A stretch of 64,000 nt of DNA, from NCBI GenBank assembly GCA_024137785.1, contig JAHRHZ010000092.1, positions 7,147,412 to 7,211,411 of the forward strand. Direction: 5' to 3'. The stretch comes from Ginglymostoma cirratum. Taxonomy: Eukaryota. The notes under the pieces were generated by a model, which saw nothing but the letters and a program-made list of their open reading frames with translations, was not told where the DNA came from and did not search any database. Positions 1 through 13,136 of this stretch are shown here, piece by piece (the stretch's first letter is position 1; every line of letters begins with the position of its first letter). Made by a program: the position numbers and the translations under genes.

Positions 1-999
1 AGCAGAACATTACAATCCCACTGCAGTAACCCAATTTCATTCCCACCTAATGTCATGACAAACAAAAATGTCAACTTCATCTCTTTATCATTTTCTATTT
101 CTTGTTTGATCATGTCTCTTTTCCCTTTTCATTTGAATTGCTCCTCCCACACAACCCTCTTTTTCTTCACCCACCCTCATTTGCCAATAACCTTAAAGCT
201 CAGCCTTCCCACATTAGCTGGATGAGTAGTCATTGACATGGAGGCTGCAGGTTGAAAATTGAAGAATGTGTAGGCACTGACGTTGTCCATTGTGAAGGTG
301 GCTGAGTAATGAAAACAGAATCTACAGCCAGGAGCACATTTTTGCATCATTACTTCTTCAGCGACCTCCACATTCTAGCTGAGCAGTGGCAGTAGAAAGT
401 GCAGATTCAGAGTTTCACCACCACACCCATGTCCCTTCCCTACCCTAAAGGGGGATATTTAGTGGAAATTGCTTGCATGCATGAGAAAAGAATAGACTGT
501 TATGCTGCTTGGGTGAGCTTACTTTAAGTGAGAAGAAACTTCATAAACCTCCATAAGAACTTTAACACAGGTGAGTTGGGCTGAATGGTGTGTATCTGTG
601 CTGTAAATTCAACGTAACCCAACCTTTGCCATGCACACACAGAGACATGAACAAGTCCCACCAATCTCCATTATGGCCCCAACACACTGATTTTGAACAC
701 AGCAGTCAGCAGGTGCAAGGTCGGAGGCTAACCCATCCCTTTTTGACCTTTAACCTACTCTGACATGCAGCTTGAGAGCGAACGAGGCAGTGTGGAGTAC
801 AGACGGTAGGGAAACGTACTACCTGTTGATTCTTCCTCTTGGGCCTTGCCACTTCAGTGAGGACCCTCTTAAATGCCATAAAACCAAGACAAAAGTTTGG
901 TCTACTGAAGTGATAAGAAAAGATGGAGAGCATCCCCTCAAAATTCTCCTCCTTTTACCTATCTATATCAAACCACACTCTGTCTGTCTGTTCTTCCAG

Positions 1000-1149
1000 G
1001 AATTGCCAGCAGCAATGGGCACCGCTCACTCCAGCTTCGGAATTTTGCTATCAAGACGCTGAAAAATTTTGGGAAAGGGTCCAAGACGCTGCAGAGTTTC
1101 GTCCAGCAAGAGGCAGAGTGCCTGGTGGAAGTCTTCCGGAGAACTGAAG
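1000..1149 (+). CDS. CYP2-family cytochrome P450, exon 3 (exons 1-2 upstream of window)
   Basis: ttccag|GA...GAAG|gttagt; 150 bp, phase 1/1; GIASSNGHRSLQLRNFAIKTLKNFGKGSKTLQSFVQQEAECLVEVFRRTE resembles the CYP2 C/D-helix exon. Confidence 0.92.
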
Positions 1150-1619
1150 GTTAGTGGCTCCTCTCAGACCAGAACACTGAACACCAAATGCACATGACAT
1201 TCAGACCATAACCTGTGGTATCAAGGTCAGCAGTGTAGCTGATGTAAACTCCAAGGTGTTGGGGACAGTCAGCCTAGTAGTAATGTCACTCCTAATACTT
1301 GGCTACCTTTTCACTATCAGCTTGGCCATTCTATTCCAGACTTCTCACTGCCTCCTTTCTGCCCACCATCCTATTCCCTGTTTACAATTCTCCATGGGTG
1401 AGGGAACAGTGAGTGAGAGTGAGGCATTGAGGAGTAGGGAGTGGGCCAACGAGGCAGTGAGCATGAGGCATATGCATAGTTATGCCATCAGAATGCACAT
1501 GGCAGACTGGACGCTGAGTCCCAATTCCAGCACACATTGATGAAATCAGTGACTCTAATTTCTTATTCCAGTGCAGTAACAACAGATAGTGTTTTGTTCT
1601 CATACCCTTACCTTAAATG

Positions 1620-1950
1620 TTTTTTTTTTCTTTCTTTATCATTTATGGGATATGGGTATTTATTGCCTATCCGTAACTGCCCAAAGGGTAGTTAAGAGTC
1701 AACAATATTGCTGTGCATCTGGAATCCTGTACAGGCTTGACCAAGTAAAGACGGCAGAGTTCCTTTGCTAAAGAACACCAGTGAACCAGATTTTTCTTTT
1801 ATGACAATGGATTACATGTTGCTATTAGGTTAGCTCTTTATCTGAGATTTCTACTGGATTCAAATTTCACCATTTGTCATTTCAACCCATGACCCCAGAA
1901 TTTTAGCTTGGAGTTATGGATTACTGGTCCAAAGACTCTACCATGACACC
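1620..1950 (-). mobile_element. degenerate DeuSINE (SacSINE1-like)
   Basis: Reverse-complement similarity to the cleaner copy at 26766-27117 (gttaagagtcaac, gtgaaccagat), T-rich tail at the left end. Confidence 0.6.
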
Positions 1951-2751
1951 AAAGCCTTCACCTTGAGTAAATGCAACATCACACACCCAATTTCACACAG
2001 ACATCCACACACACAAAAATCTGGATACAGATAAAAGTAGTAGACCTTTACAGATTACAATTAAATTCCTCTCAGAGTTACAATCTCTGGTCTCCCAAAT
2101 GGCAGGCCTGTGGATTTGTGAATAGAATTAGGGCTTTAACAGTGAAGGGAAGGTCTCACAAAGCAAAGGACTCACAGTAGGTTGTGAGATTTCTTGGAGT
2201 TAAGTATCTAGGAAGCTCAGGTTAACTTTGAGTTTGAGTTTGATTTAGTTTAATTTATAGTTATCACATGTACCAAGATACAGTGAAAAGTGTTGTTTTA
2301 CATGGTACACAGGCAGATCGTACCATACAAAGTGCATCAGGGTAGCAGAACAGAGTGCAGAATAAAGTGTTGCAGCCACAGAGAAGGTGCAGAAAGAGAG
2401 ATCAGAATTAACATTTGAGAGATCTGGCCAAAAGTCTGATAACAGTGGGAAAGAAGCTGTTCTTCAATCTATTCGTACATGTATTCACACTTTTGCGTCT
2501 TCAGCCAGACGGAAGAGGGTGGAAGAGAGTACAACCAGGGTGGGAGGTGTCTTTTGATTATGTTGGTTGCTTTCCTGAGACAGTGCAAAGTATGGATGTA
2601 TTCAGTGAATGGTAAGCTGGTTTGCTTCATGGACTGGGCTGTGTTCATGACCCTCTGTAGTTTCTTGCAGTCTTGGGAAGAGCAGTTGCTGTACTATGCT
2701 CTGATACAATCACATATGAGGCCATCTGTGGTACAACTATAAAAATTGCTA

Positions 2752-3440
2752 GATAACAAGGTGTAGAGCTGGATGAAAACAGCAGGCCAAGCAGCATCAG
2801 AGGAGCAGGAAAGCTGACTTTTGGGTCTAGACCCTTCTTTTGAAGAAGGGCCTAGACCCGAACAGAGCATAGTACAGCNNNNNNNNNNNNNNNNNNNNNN
2901 NNNNNNNNNNNNNNNNNNNNNNNNNNNNNNNNNNNNNNNNNNNNNNNNNNNNNNNNNNNNNNNNNNNNNNNNNNNNNNNNNNNNNNNNNNNNNNNNNNNN
3001 NNNNNNNNNNNNNNNNNNNNNNNNNNNNNNNNNNNNNNNNNNNNNNNNNNNNNNNNNNNNNNNNNNNNNNNNNNNNNNNNNNNNNNNNNNNNNNNNNNNN
3101 NNNNNNNNNNNNNNNNNNNNNNNNNNNNNNNNNNNNNNNNNNNNNNNNNNNNNNNNNNNNNNNNNNNNNNNNNNNNNNNNNNNNNNNNNNNNNNNNNNNN
3201 NNNNNNNNNNNNNNNNNNNNNNNNNNNNNNNNNNNNNNNNNNNNNNNNNNNNNNNNNNNNNNNNNNNNNNNNNNNNNNGCTGTACTATGCTCTGTTCGGG
3301 TCTAGGCCCTTCTTCAAAAGAAGGGTCTAGACCCAAAAGTCAGCTTTCCTGCTCCTCTGATGCTGCTTGGCCTGCTGTTTTCATCCAGCTCTACACCTTG
3401 TTATCTCAGATTCTCCAGCATCTGCAATTCCTACTATCTC
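2752..3440. mobile_element. palindromic Penelope-derived element, family A, with gap at centre
   Basis: Perfect inverted arms (2751-2878 and 3279-3406); 15-bp TSD ctataaaaattgcta at 2737-2751 and 3440-3454. Confidence 0.75.
2879..3278. other. assembly gap (400 N)
   Basis: Run of N. Confidence 1.
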
Positions 3441-5403
3441 TATAAAAATTGCTAAGAGTATTTGTGGACATGCCAAATATTCTTAGCCTCCTGAGGTAGT
3501 AGAGACATTGTTGTGCTTTCAGTGGCTGTCACATCGACATGGAGTTGACCAGGACAGATTGTTGGTCATTGTCACTCCCAGGAACTGGACACTCCAGGAA
3601 TTGGCTATCTCTTCCTCAGCACCATTGATGCAGACAGGGGTGTACCCTTCACTCCACTTCCTGAAATCAGTGACCGGCTCCTTTGTTTTGCAAACGTTAA
3701 TGGAGAAATTGTTGTCTTTACACAATGCCACTGAACACTCAGTCTCTTTCCTATAGTTTGTCCTGTTGTTGTTTGAGATCTGACCTATAATAGTGGTGTC
3801 ATCAACAAACTTGTAAATGGAGTCAGCCAGTGAGGGGGAATTCGGCCACACAGTCGTGAATGTATAAGGAATACAGTAAGGGGTTGAGCACACAGCCTTG
3901 TGAGAAACAGGTGTTGAGGATTATCGTGGAGGTCGTGTTGTCACTTATCCTTTCTGATTGCAGTCTATGGATCAGGAAGTCGAGGATCCAGTTACAGAAG
4001 TGGGAGTCGAGACCTCGGTCTTAAAGTTTAGAGATGAGTTTATTTGGAATTATGGTGTTGAGGCAGAGCTATGGTCAATAAGTAGGAGCCTTACATAAGT
4101 ATTCTTGTTATCTAGATATTCCAGGGATGAGTGTAGGACCAGGGATATGGTGGACCTGTTGCGATGGTTGGTGAATTGCAAAGGATCAGGGCAGGCTGGT
4201 AGGCTGGATTTGATGTGAGCCTTGACTAACATCTCATTGCACTTATTAATTATGGAGGTCAGAGCCACCAAGCAGTAGTCATTTGAGGCACACTGCATAA
4301 TTTTGTTTTAGCACTGGGATGATGGTGATCTTCTTGAAGCAAATGGGGACTTCAGATTGTAGTAAGGAAAGGCTAAAGATGTCTGCGAATACTGCCACCA
4401 GCTGGTCCGCACAGGATCTGAGCACTCAGCCATGGACTCCATTTAGGCCAGTGGCTTTCTGTGGTTTCACACTCGAGAAGGCTGATCTAACGTCTGCAGC
4501 GGTGACCGTGGTTACAGGCCGTTGGGACAGCTGACAATGTTTCACTCAGCTTCTGTTCAAAGTGAGCATTGAATGCATTGAGCTCATCAAGTCTGGATGT
4601 ATTGTTGCCAGCGATTCTGTTCAACTTTGCTTTGACTGGAACAGGTTGAGTACTCTGGCTGATTGATGCCTTGCAGCTAGCTTCCGGGTTGGACTCGCAG
4701 ACTAGCTGAACAGATGGTTCTGATACTTTTGCACATACAACTTAGTTGATCTTATAAATAGATGAAGAAAATATGAGTGTTTCACCATGTGTACACATTG
4801 ATTCCACATCCTGTGTTGTTGATTAACACTTCTGCGGCCTCATTTAATTTGAATAGAGGAAGCTATTGTGATAGAGGGTGGTTGATAATGGACATTTACT
4901 TTCATCTGCCACAAATTGAGCTTTGATCTTCCCTATTCTCTGGTATGAAACAGTCTGGAGAATTTAGTGTTGACCCACACTTAAATAAGGAGATGTGTGA
5001 ATTCCACTGACAGCCATGGTATACCCTAACCTATGTTCATATTTAATTCGCTGGAGTCTTGATGCTAAAGGCCATAAATGTGCGGCAGCCATACAAGTTT
5101 GTATCCAATTTTTAAAGTATTGACGGAAAGCTCAGAATATCACGTGCCTGTAACTGGGCATGACACAGCACAGAAGGAGGCCATTCATCTCATTATGTCT
5201 GTGTCAGCTCTTTGAAAGAAACTGATGGATTGGTTTAAGTTTGTAGGTAGGAAATGTGGTGTGGTCCATAATGGGTAACTGTCACCTGTTCTAAACCATC
5301 AGCCAATTAGATGTTACTTGTTTTGTGCTTTTGGCCCATTAAATGTTGACTCCTTTTCAATCAGCTGCTTGTTTTATGCTATTGGCCAATCCAACATAGA
5401 CTT

Positions 5404-5726
5404 CATAGAGTCATAGAATCCCTACAGTGTGGAAACAGGCCCTTCGGCCCAACAAGCCAGCACCAAACGTCAGAGCATCCCACCCAGACCCATCCCCCTG
5501 TAACCAACCTAACCTACACATCCCTGAACACTATGGACAATTTAGCATGGCCAGTTTCCCTAACCTGCACATCTTTTGGACTGTGGGAGGAAACCGGAGC
5601 ACCCGGAGGAAACTCACACAGACTCGGGGAGAATGTGTAAACACCACACAGGCATTGGCCCCATGGTGTAAGCAAACCTGGGTTTCTGGCACTGTGAGGC
5701 AGCAGTGCTAACCACTGAGCCACTGT
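5404..5726 (-). mobile_element. HE1-like V-SINE
   Basis: tRNA-like head, V-domain (tttcctccgggtgctccggtttcctcccacagtccaaa), CR1-type tail with ctatga repeats. Confidence 0.85.
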
Positions 5727-5883
5727 AAACTGTTTTACACAATGATTCCCCACCCTACCCCCACACCAAGACACCTTCGGAAGATTAAGCCTTACCCTCA
5801 CTCCTTCCCACTTCAGAACAACCCACTCCCCCCGATGTTGTGTTTTGCTGTGCTGCACTAACCAACTCACATTGTCTCACCAG

Positions 5884-6044
5884 AGTCACCCTTTGACCCC
5901 ACGTTCCATCTGAACTGCGCCACCGCTAACATAATGTGTGCCGTTGTCTTTGGGAACCGGTTCGATTATACAGATAAGAACCTGCACATTCTGCTGGACA
6001 TGATCACAGAAAATATGAGAGTCATTAGCAGCCCCTGGGGGCAG
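5884..6044 (+). CDS. CYP2-family P450, exon 4
   Basis: caccag|AG...CAG|gtaagt; 161 bp; SPFDPTFHLNCATANIMCAVVFGNRFDYTDKNLHILLDMITENMRVISSPWGQ. Confidence 0.95.
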
Positions 6045-7399
6045 GTAAGTCAACTGCTGCCACTGTTTACTTGCTGCATCTGTCTCTGTCTGCCTTCATT
6101 TATTTGTTAGTCAATATTACCAGGCTCCACTGACCAATACCTTTGAATTCTGAGGGTGACAACTTGTTCCAGGACACTTACATAGCGTGCATACACCCCA
6201 GAACTCACCAATATTTTCAATTAACCTCAATAGTGTTGGTTTCTTAATCACTGATTAAACTTTACATCAAGGAGATGAAAGTTTAATGGGAACTCTGAGG
6301 TCAGAATAAAGAAAATTAAAGTTCCCCATCACCTTTCCAACCTCCTAACGTTTTTTAAAATATCATGACCAAAAGGTGGAATGTGATAATTGTAAATTGT
6401 TTCATCAAAGAACAATCTGTACCATTCATAAAATATTGTGACTAAATATCTATAACTTGTTCTGCCTGGAAATTCTTTATCAGTTCTGAGAAAATGTTTC
6501 CTATATGATTCATAGGAGTGTTTTCTATATGTCTGTCAGACTCATTGAATGATATATCACAATCCATCATGCTGTTGCTGGTACTCTGTGAAAGCAATTC
6601 ATCTGATGCCATTTCCCCTCCTCTCTCCTCACTGCCACGTTTTGTCCATAGCTCTGCACATTCTTCCTTTTCAGAAGATGATCCAATTCTCTTTTGAAAC
6701 CTTCGATTGAATCTTCCGCCATGCACTGTCAAACAGAGTAATCCAAATCCCAACCAGAGCTACTAACACTCTTTTTGCTGTCAACCTGGCCTCTACTCTA
6801 TCCACATGTTTGCTGTTTTTGACAACTCTATCAAACCTCATCTCAGCCTTCTCTTGCCAAATCTATCTGCGTCACTGAAGTTCCTTATTCCTGGAATCAT
6901 TCTCCTGAATCTTTCCTACTCCCTCTATAATGCCGGAGGGATGTTCTCACGGTGGTTCAGTATCTTGGCTATGTGTATCTTCACATGGTCCAAATTTTAT
7001 TCTACACACAAGGCTGTATGTTGCAGTTTGAGTCATGTTACCCCTGTGGCTCAGCTCCAGCATCGCTTTGCCCCAGCATGTCTCACTTTTGAATGACTCA
7101 TCCCCTAAAACTCTACCTTGTTGTCTGTGATTTCACTGGTAACAAGATGTGGTGACCATCATCTCTTAATAATGATACCCACAGTTTGGGAGACTGGTTA
7201 GTATGTCAGCTTTTGCCAAGAAACCTTGGCATAGACCAGCTGCCTCCATCTCCATGTTACTCCTATAACCTTGCCCCGGTGCTAAGGCTGTATTGGATAT
7301 CTCAGGTGGAAATTCTTATAAATATTGGAATTTATGTATTGATTTCTGTATTTGATTGAATCCTGGCGTAACAGTATGGCAAGAGAGAGAGTAGAATGG

Positions 7400-7760
7400 A
7401 CTACATTCTCTGAAGCTTTGAAGAATGAGAGGTAATCTCATTGAAATGTATAAACTCCTTAGAGAATTTGATAGAGTAATACAAAGAGGGTGTTTTTCCT
7501 ATTTAGGGAGCCTATTGCCACAGCCATTGTCACACGATAAGGGGCCAGACATTTGGGACTGAGATGAGGACTTTTTTTCCACTCAGAGAGGGCTGTTAAT
7601 CTTCAGAATTCTCCACTCCAGAGAGCTGTGAAAGGTTGAATGAATATATTTAAAGCTGAGATAGATTTTTGGCCACTATGGGAATTGAGGGAGATAGGGA
7701 ATCAGGTGCGAAAGTGGAGTTGGGGTAGAAGATCAGCCATGATCTTATTGAATGGTGGAG
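7400..7760 (+). mobile_element. CR1-type LINE 3' fragment
   Basis: agaatgagaggtaatctcattgaa...gatcagccatgatcttattgaatgg, typical CR1 3' end. Confidence 0.7.
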
Positions 7761-7816
7761 TGATTTATCACAGTTTAATAGCAGCTTTAATCCATGCAGC
7801 TGTGAACTAATTGTTT

Positions 7817-8140
7817 GGGATGGCACGGTGGCTCAGTTGTTACTGCTGCCTCACAACTCCAGGGACCCGGGTTTGATTCTCAGCCTCAGGCGACTGTCTG
7901 TGTGGGGTTTGCACATTCTCCCCGTGTCTGCCTGGGTTTCCCCCGGGTGCTCCAGTTTCCTCCCACGGTCCAAAGATGTGCAGGTTAGGAGGATTGGCCA
8001 TACTAAATTGCCCATAGGGATGTGTAGATTAGGTGGGTTATAGGGAGATGAGTCTGGGTGGGATGCTGTGAGGTTCGGTGTGGATTTGTTGGGCCGAAGT
8101 GCCTGTTTCCACACTGTAGGGATTCTATGATTCTATGATT
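7817..8140 (+). mobile_element. HE1-like V-SINE
   Basis: ggcacggtggctcag head, V-domain, tail gattctatgattctatgatt. Confidence 0.88.
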
Positions 8141-8613
8141 TTCAATTGGCTGAATGGTCCATTTCTGCTCCTATTTCTTAAGCTTATGTGTTTCACCTTA
8201 AAGTTGATGGCAGCTGATAGAAGAGAAGGAAAGCAGTCCCAGAATGTTATGGACAGGACTGAATAAAAAAGTGGAAATCAATGCTGATTCACAGCAAGCG
8301 TAACCCCCATCAACCCCTCCATGGTGCTGAACACTGATGTGACAAACACTCTTTTTCTTGATGGACTAATTTCCTGCTAAATTTCTCATCTAGCCTCATA
8401 CACAGTGTTGAGTAATTTTGGGGTGGGATTGCTCAGCAGTCCTTCCTAAAGGGTCTAGTGTAAATCTATAAACAGCAAGTGTTGACATTTTCCACCATGT
8501 GGCACATCAAGTCTAGCAGTCCCACACTGAGGACAACTAACTATTATACACTGGTTAAGATCTGTAATCCAACAGCTAACCTGGGATTAACATAGCTCAG
8601 TGACCCCAGTACA

Positions 8614-9060
8614 GGGGCAGCTGTGGCTCACTGGATAAACTCTCACCCCTAAGTCATATAGTTACTCCACTTCAAACTCCACTTCAGATACACTAACGTG
8701 CAGTCTAGACTGACAATCTTGGTGTATTACTGAGGGACTGCTACAATGTCAGGGGTATTGTCTTACAAGGGAGAGGTTAAACTAAGGCCAACCTGACCTC
8801 TTTGGTAGATGAAAGCAATTTTGTTGTACTTATGGAAGTAGGCCAGCATTTAATCCTGAGTAACATATAAATCAGATAATCTGATCACTATCTGATTATT
8901 GTTTATGGGATCTTACTATGTGTAATATTGGTTAACCATGTTTCCAATATTGGAATGGTAACTACACTTCAGAAAAAGTGTTTCAATAGCTATAAGGTAC
9001 TTTGGGACATCCTGACATTATCAAAGATGCAATATAAATCCACATTTTTGTATTTTTGTC
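8614..9060 (+). mobile_element. LF-SINE-like element (degenerate)
   Basis: tgagggactgctacaatgtc...gttaaactaaggcc...actacacttcagaaaaagt...tttgggacatcctga...atataaat follows the recalled LFSINE_Vert layout. Confidence 0.65.
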
Positions 9061-9201
9061 TTCAGACAAACCAATATCAAGTGATGGGTAAAAATTTCAT
9101 CTCATGCTATTTGGCTTTGATTTTTCCAGCCTCCACAGAAAGGTATTCCTCCCGCCCTAACTCAACTTATTCCTATTTCTTGTGTTCTTTCATTTCTACA
9201 G

Positions 9202-9378
9202 CTGTACGATTTACTTCCAAGCCTTTTGGATCACCTCCCAGGCCCTCACAACAGGCTTTTCGAAAATGCGGCTAAAATAAAAGGTTTCCTGAGAGAAATG
9301 ATCCAAAATCACAAAGACACACACACCAAAGACAGGCCCCAGGATTTCACTGCCAGTTTCCTCGCCAAAATGAAAGAG
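9202..9378 (+). CDS. CYP2-family P450, exon 5
   Basis: ctacag|CTG...GAG|gtttgt; 177 bp; LYDLLPSLLDHLPGPHNRLF...PQDFTASFLAKMKE. Confidence 0.95.
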
Positions 9379-10493
9379 GTTTGTAAACAAATTTTGAATA
9401 AGTTCCGTCAGTATCGACCTTTACCAGAAACTCTGGTCTTTGAGCTACTGAACTGTCTACCAAAAGGCTTCCTGAACTCTGGTTCATTCAAAGCAATGGA
9501 AAGAAGAGGATAGTCATCGGATAAGTGGGGAAATGAAGGAGTTTTGGGATGTTGCTGGCCTAGCACTCTAGGGACCCAGGTTAACATTTCAGAGGCAAGG
9601 ATTCAAATCCCATTGGCTAATCTAAATTAAATCAATACAATTTTAATAAAATGCTCAGTGAGAGTGAGCATGATTTCATGGCATGAGGCAAGGCCAGCAT
9701 TTGGTGCCCATGTGCTTGAACCCCTGAGTGGCATGCCAGGCCATTTCAGAAGGCACGTAAAAGTCAACCACATGGCTGTGGGTCTGGAGTCACATGTAGC
9801 CCCCCGGTAAAGACGGAAGATTTCTTTCCCTAAAGGGCATAGGGAACAAGAGATTGAAGTGGTTCAAGGAGAATGCCTCCATCACCTTCTTAAAATGCAA
9901 CTAGGAGGATGGGCAATGAGTGACAGCCATGCCAGTGAAACCCTCATCCTAAGTGAGTAAGTAAAAAATACAGTTAGCATAAAGGATCCCAAGGGCAATA
10001 TTCAATTAATAAACAAGAATGTTCTCCTATCCTTGCATTTATTCCCTAGCTGACAACTCCAATTAATATAAAATATTGGCCATCCTTCTAATTCACTGTT
10101 GGATTTCAGTGTGACAAATTGACTGTCGTGTTTGTCTATGTAGCTGCAGTTACTATCCTTCAAAATGACTTTGTTAGCTTGGGACATTCTGAAGACTTGA
10201 AAGGTGCTTCTTAAATGTGGCTTTCTCAATAATTATGTTATTACAGTAAACCATTGGTATTGCCCAGGGCAAAACCAGCAACAGCTCAATAGCAACATTA
10301 TAGATCCAGTTTGAATGATCAGTACCCAGAGAACTGCAGAACCCTATTGTTGTCCCTTATTGCCTCTGGCCAGGGTTAAAAAGCACCACCGAAGACATAC
10401 CCGAGTAGTTGAGTAGTAACTGTTGCCCATTAATCTGATCTTATGGTGAGTTGCATTCTTTATTATTGCTTTCCTGCTTTGTTTACTCCCAAG

Positions 10494-10635
10494 GAGGAAG
10501 ACAACCCCAAATCTGAATTCAACGATGAAAACCTTCTTCTGTCCACATTTAACATATTTCTGGCTGGGACAGACACCACCAGCTCCACCATGCAATGGGG
10601 ACTCCTGCTATTCCTGAAGTACCCAGATGTCCAGG
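10494..10635 (+). CDS. CYP2-family P450, exon 6 (I-helix)
   Basis: cccaag|GAG...CAGG|gtgggt; 142 bp; EEDNPKSEFNDENLLLSTFNIFLAGTDTTSSTMQWGLLLFLKYPDVQ containing the AGxxT motif. Confidence 0.96.
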
Positions 10636-11619
10636 GTGGGTATGAACAGTCTTTGTATACTCATCAACTATTAGTTTTGTATGTTTCAGGGTGCCCAGTG
10701 TACATGACAGTAAATGTGTTAGTGTGTGTTTACAGGTGAAGTCCTACATTTTGTGTGGGCGTGCCAGTTCACTATGCTGGGTGAGCTGCTGTTCCTGGCA
10801 AAGGTTGCTGCCAACATCCTCTTTAAGTGTAGGAAACAAAGTGGCTTTCATGGTCCGGTGTGGTCAGGGAAAACCATGTCCTGCTCTAACTAAAACAGAC
10901 TCACATAATTAAAAATATATTTTATTGAATGTCAACAGCTAGTTACAAGTTGCATTGACATGATGGACATTATTACAGAGACAGAGGACTTGGATGTTAG
11001 GCCTCACTCCCTCTGAGATCAAATGCTGTTCTATCTACAAATCCATATGACATTAACGTAGGGGTTAGAGTTTGTGGCACGCCTCAGAATGAACCCTTTC
11101 AAACCCAAAAAAACAGTATACTTTCAACAAGGGCTCTCTGTAAACAAGATCTGTGGTAAACTTCTCCTCTAATAGTTGGCCCTGTGATAGCATCAACAAA
11201 ATACTAAAACAAATAGGAAGCAGTAATATTGGCTCCAACAGTTCTTAGACTCTCCTTCCAAACTATCTGTTTGATCCATATTAATGGGCTCAAAGCTCAG
11301 TGTTTACCTGAGTTTCAAAATAGTCACTTGATTGTATGGACTTAAGTATTGCTGAAGCAACAGACAGTCTGACAAAGCTTTATTAATCAGGACAGATGCA
11401 AGAATGCTGAATTTCAAAGGGAATAATAATTTATACTGCATGTGTAAAGGATGCTGATTGTTGGCAAGTTGACTCTAATTATTTGAGGCAGTGCCATGGA
11501 GAATGAATCCTGGTGATATTATTCATCATGTTTTTATTCAATTCAACAGAGGCATAATGCCCAGGCATGCAATATAAACTTGGATGCCGAGAATTGGATA
11601 TAGTGCTTCAGCTGAAGCC

Positions 11620-12130
11620 TAAGCAATGTTCTTTCTTTTGAATCCCATGTTTCTAATTAGAGACCCATGGATCCTGGATGTTTTATAGCAGCCACTTGTC
11701 CAGCCACTGTCACTTCCACTCATGTCTATCTCTTCATGCAGTTCCTTTGAAATTCTACCATTTGGCTCAGATTGCCTCTTCTTGTTCTTCCAACCAAAAT
11801 TCATCACTACATGCTTTCCTGGATTAAATTCACTCTGCCATGTGTCTGCCCTTTTGTCTGTGTCCTCCTGAAGTCTGACCATCCTCCTCACTGTTTACCA
11901 CATTTCCAAATTTCTGTCATCTCTTTCAAATGATGTTTCATATACCATAATTCAGGCCATTGTTACAGACCAAATATAGTAGTGGAACCAATATTGACAC
12001 ATCAGTGGCATTGGTGTATACTTTTGATGTGAAAGTAACAACCCTTCCCTGCTTTTCTCTATTTTCTGTTGTTTGGTAAATTTGTACCCACACAGCCACT
12101 GCCTCTTTAATTCCATGCACTTCCATTTGC
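11620..12130 (-). mobile_element. old CR1 LINE RT fragment
   Basis: Minus ORFs RLQEDTDK..WQSEFNPGKHVVMNFG and EVHGIKEAVAVWVQ. Confidence 0.7.
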
Positions 12131-12665
12131 TGATATGCTTATTATGTGCTTATTATGCTCTGAAGGGCTGTCTCTGAAGGGTAGGGGCAGTTTCTTGAGT
12201 GTGCAAAACTATGTGTTTGTGTCTGCGTCTATGTGTACATTTGATTGGTGTACGTGTGTGTGTTTGAGAAAGTGGGTCATTCACAGATCACTTACAAGTG
12301 GCAAAGGAGGCACACTTTTCAACACATTCAAAAATTAAAACAACAATAACAAAGAAAACATTTTCCAAACTTTCTCCCCCAGGTGACTATTTGCAGATCT
12401 GGACTCAGGTAGTTTGATTCCTGTTATACAAAATATTTATACAGATGCATTCTCCCATTCCTTTCGCTCGTCAAGTAGAAAACCATTCTCCCATCAATAT
12501 TCCTCCCATTACACATCTGTGCACTGTCTACAATTCCTCATTCCCTGGTCTGCCTAGTGTCTTTCTCTGCCGTCCCATTCTGTGCTCCCTGCCCCTGACT
12601 GAAGACCCTTCATCGTGTACCATTTCTAGCCCTTTCTGATGTTGATGATATTTGTACTTTTCCAG

Positions 12666-12853
12666 AAAAGATTCAAAATGAGATTGATGAGGTGATCGGG
12701 TCTGAACGCACACCCACCATGGAAGATAGAGAGAAGATGCCTTACACCAGTGCAGCAATCTGTGAGGTCCAGCGATACTCCAACATTATCCCATTAAATC
12801 TCCCACACACAGTGATGAGAGACACAGAGTTCAAGGGATTCACAATTCCAAAG
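12666..12853 (+). CDS. CYP2-family P450, exon 7 (K-helix ExxR)
   Basis: ttccag|AA...AAG|gtaatg; 188 bp; KIQNEIDEVIG...MPYTSAAICEVQRYSNIIPLNLPHTVMRDTEFKGFTIPK. Confidence 0.96.
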
Positions 12854-13136
12854 GTAATGTGTCCAATTTCTTTAGCTGTTTTGTTTTACCGTGGTTTGGT
12901 TTTTGTTGTTACCTGCATCTGCACACTCTTGCTTAGAGGTAAAACAAATAGGGATTGGCGAATCTTGTGAGGGTTATTTACAGAATCCAGTGGGACCAGC
13001 CCGTTGTGGCAAACCCAGTGGATATCCTCAGCGCAAAAGATCCAGAGACCCATGGCACATTAAAGAGAAATAGAGTTCTTCCTGGTGTGTCACACAATCT
13101 TGTTCATCCTTTGAGGTGAAGATGACTGTGTTTATT

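Larger units (their letters stand above)
2230..4640 (-). mobile_element. Rex1/Babar-type non-LTR retrotransposon remnant (RT region, disrupted)
   Basis: Minus ORFs [37 protein letters not shown] and YKFVDDTTIIGQISNN..KTKEPVTDFRK are Rex1-type RT motifs; frameshifted; interrupted at 2752-3440. Confidence 0.8.

Noticed and set aside
1-999. CYP2 exons 1-2
   Set aside because: No membrane-anchor/PPGP or KEAL-type exon with splice sites was seen; they presumably lie upstream of the window.
2821-3336. Mirror-image 169-aa ORFs on both strands (also ORFs at 33299-33884)
   Set aside because: Artefacts of translating through N gaps flanked by inverted repeats.
7817-7890. tRNA-like sequences at SINE heads
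   Set aside because: A/B boxes continue into V-SINE or DeuSINE bodies; not stand-alone tRNA genes.
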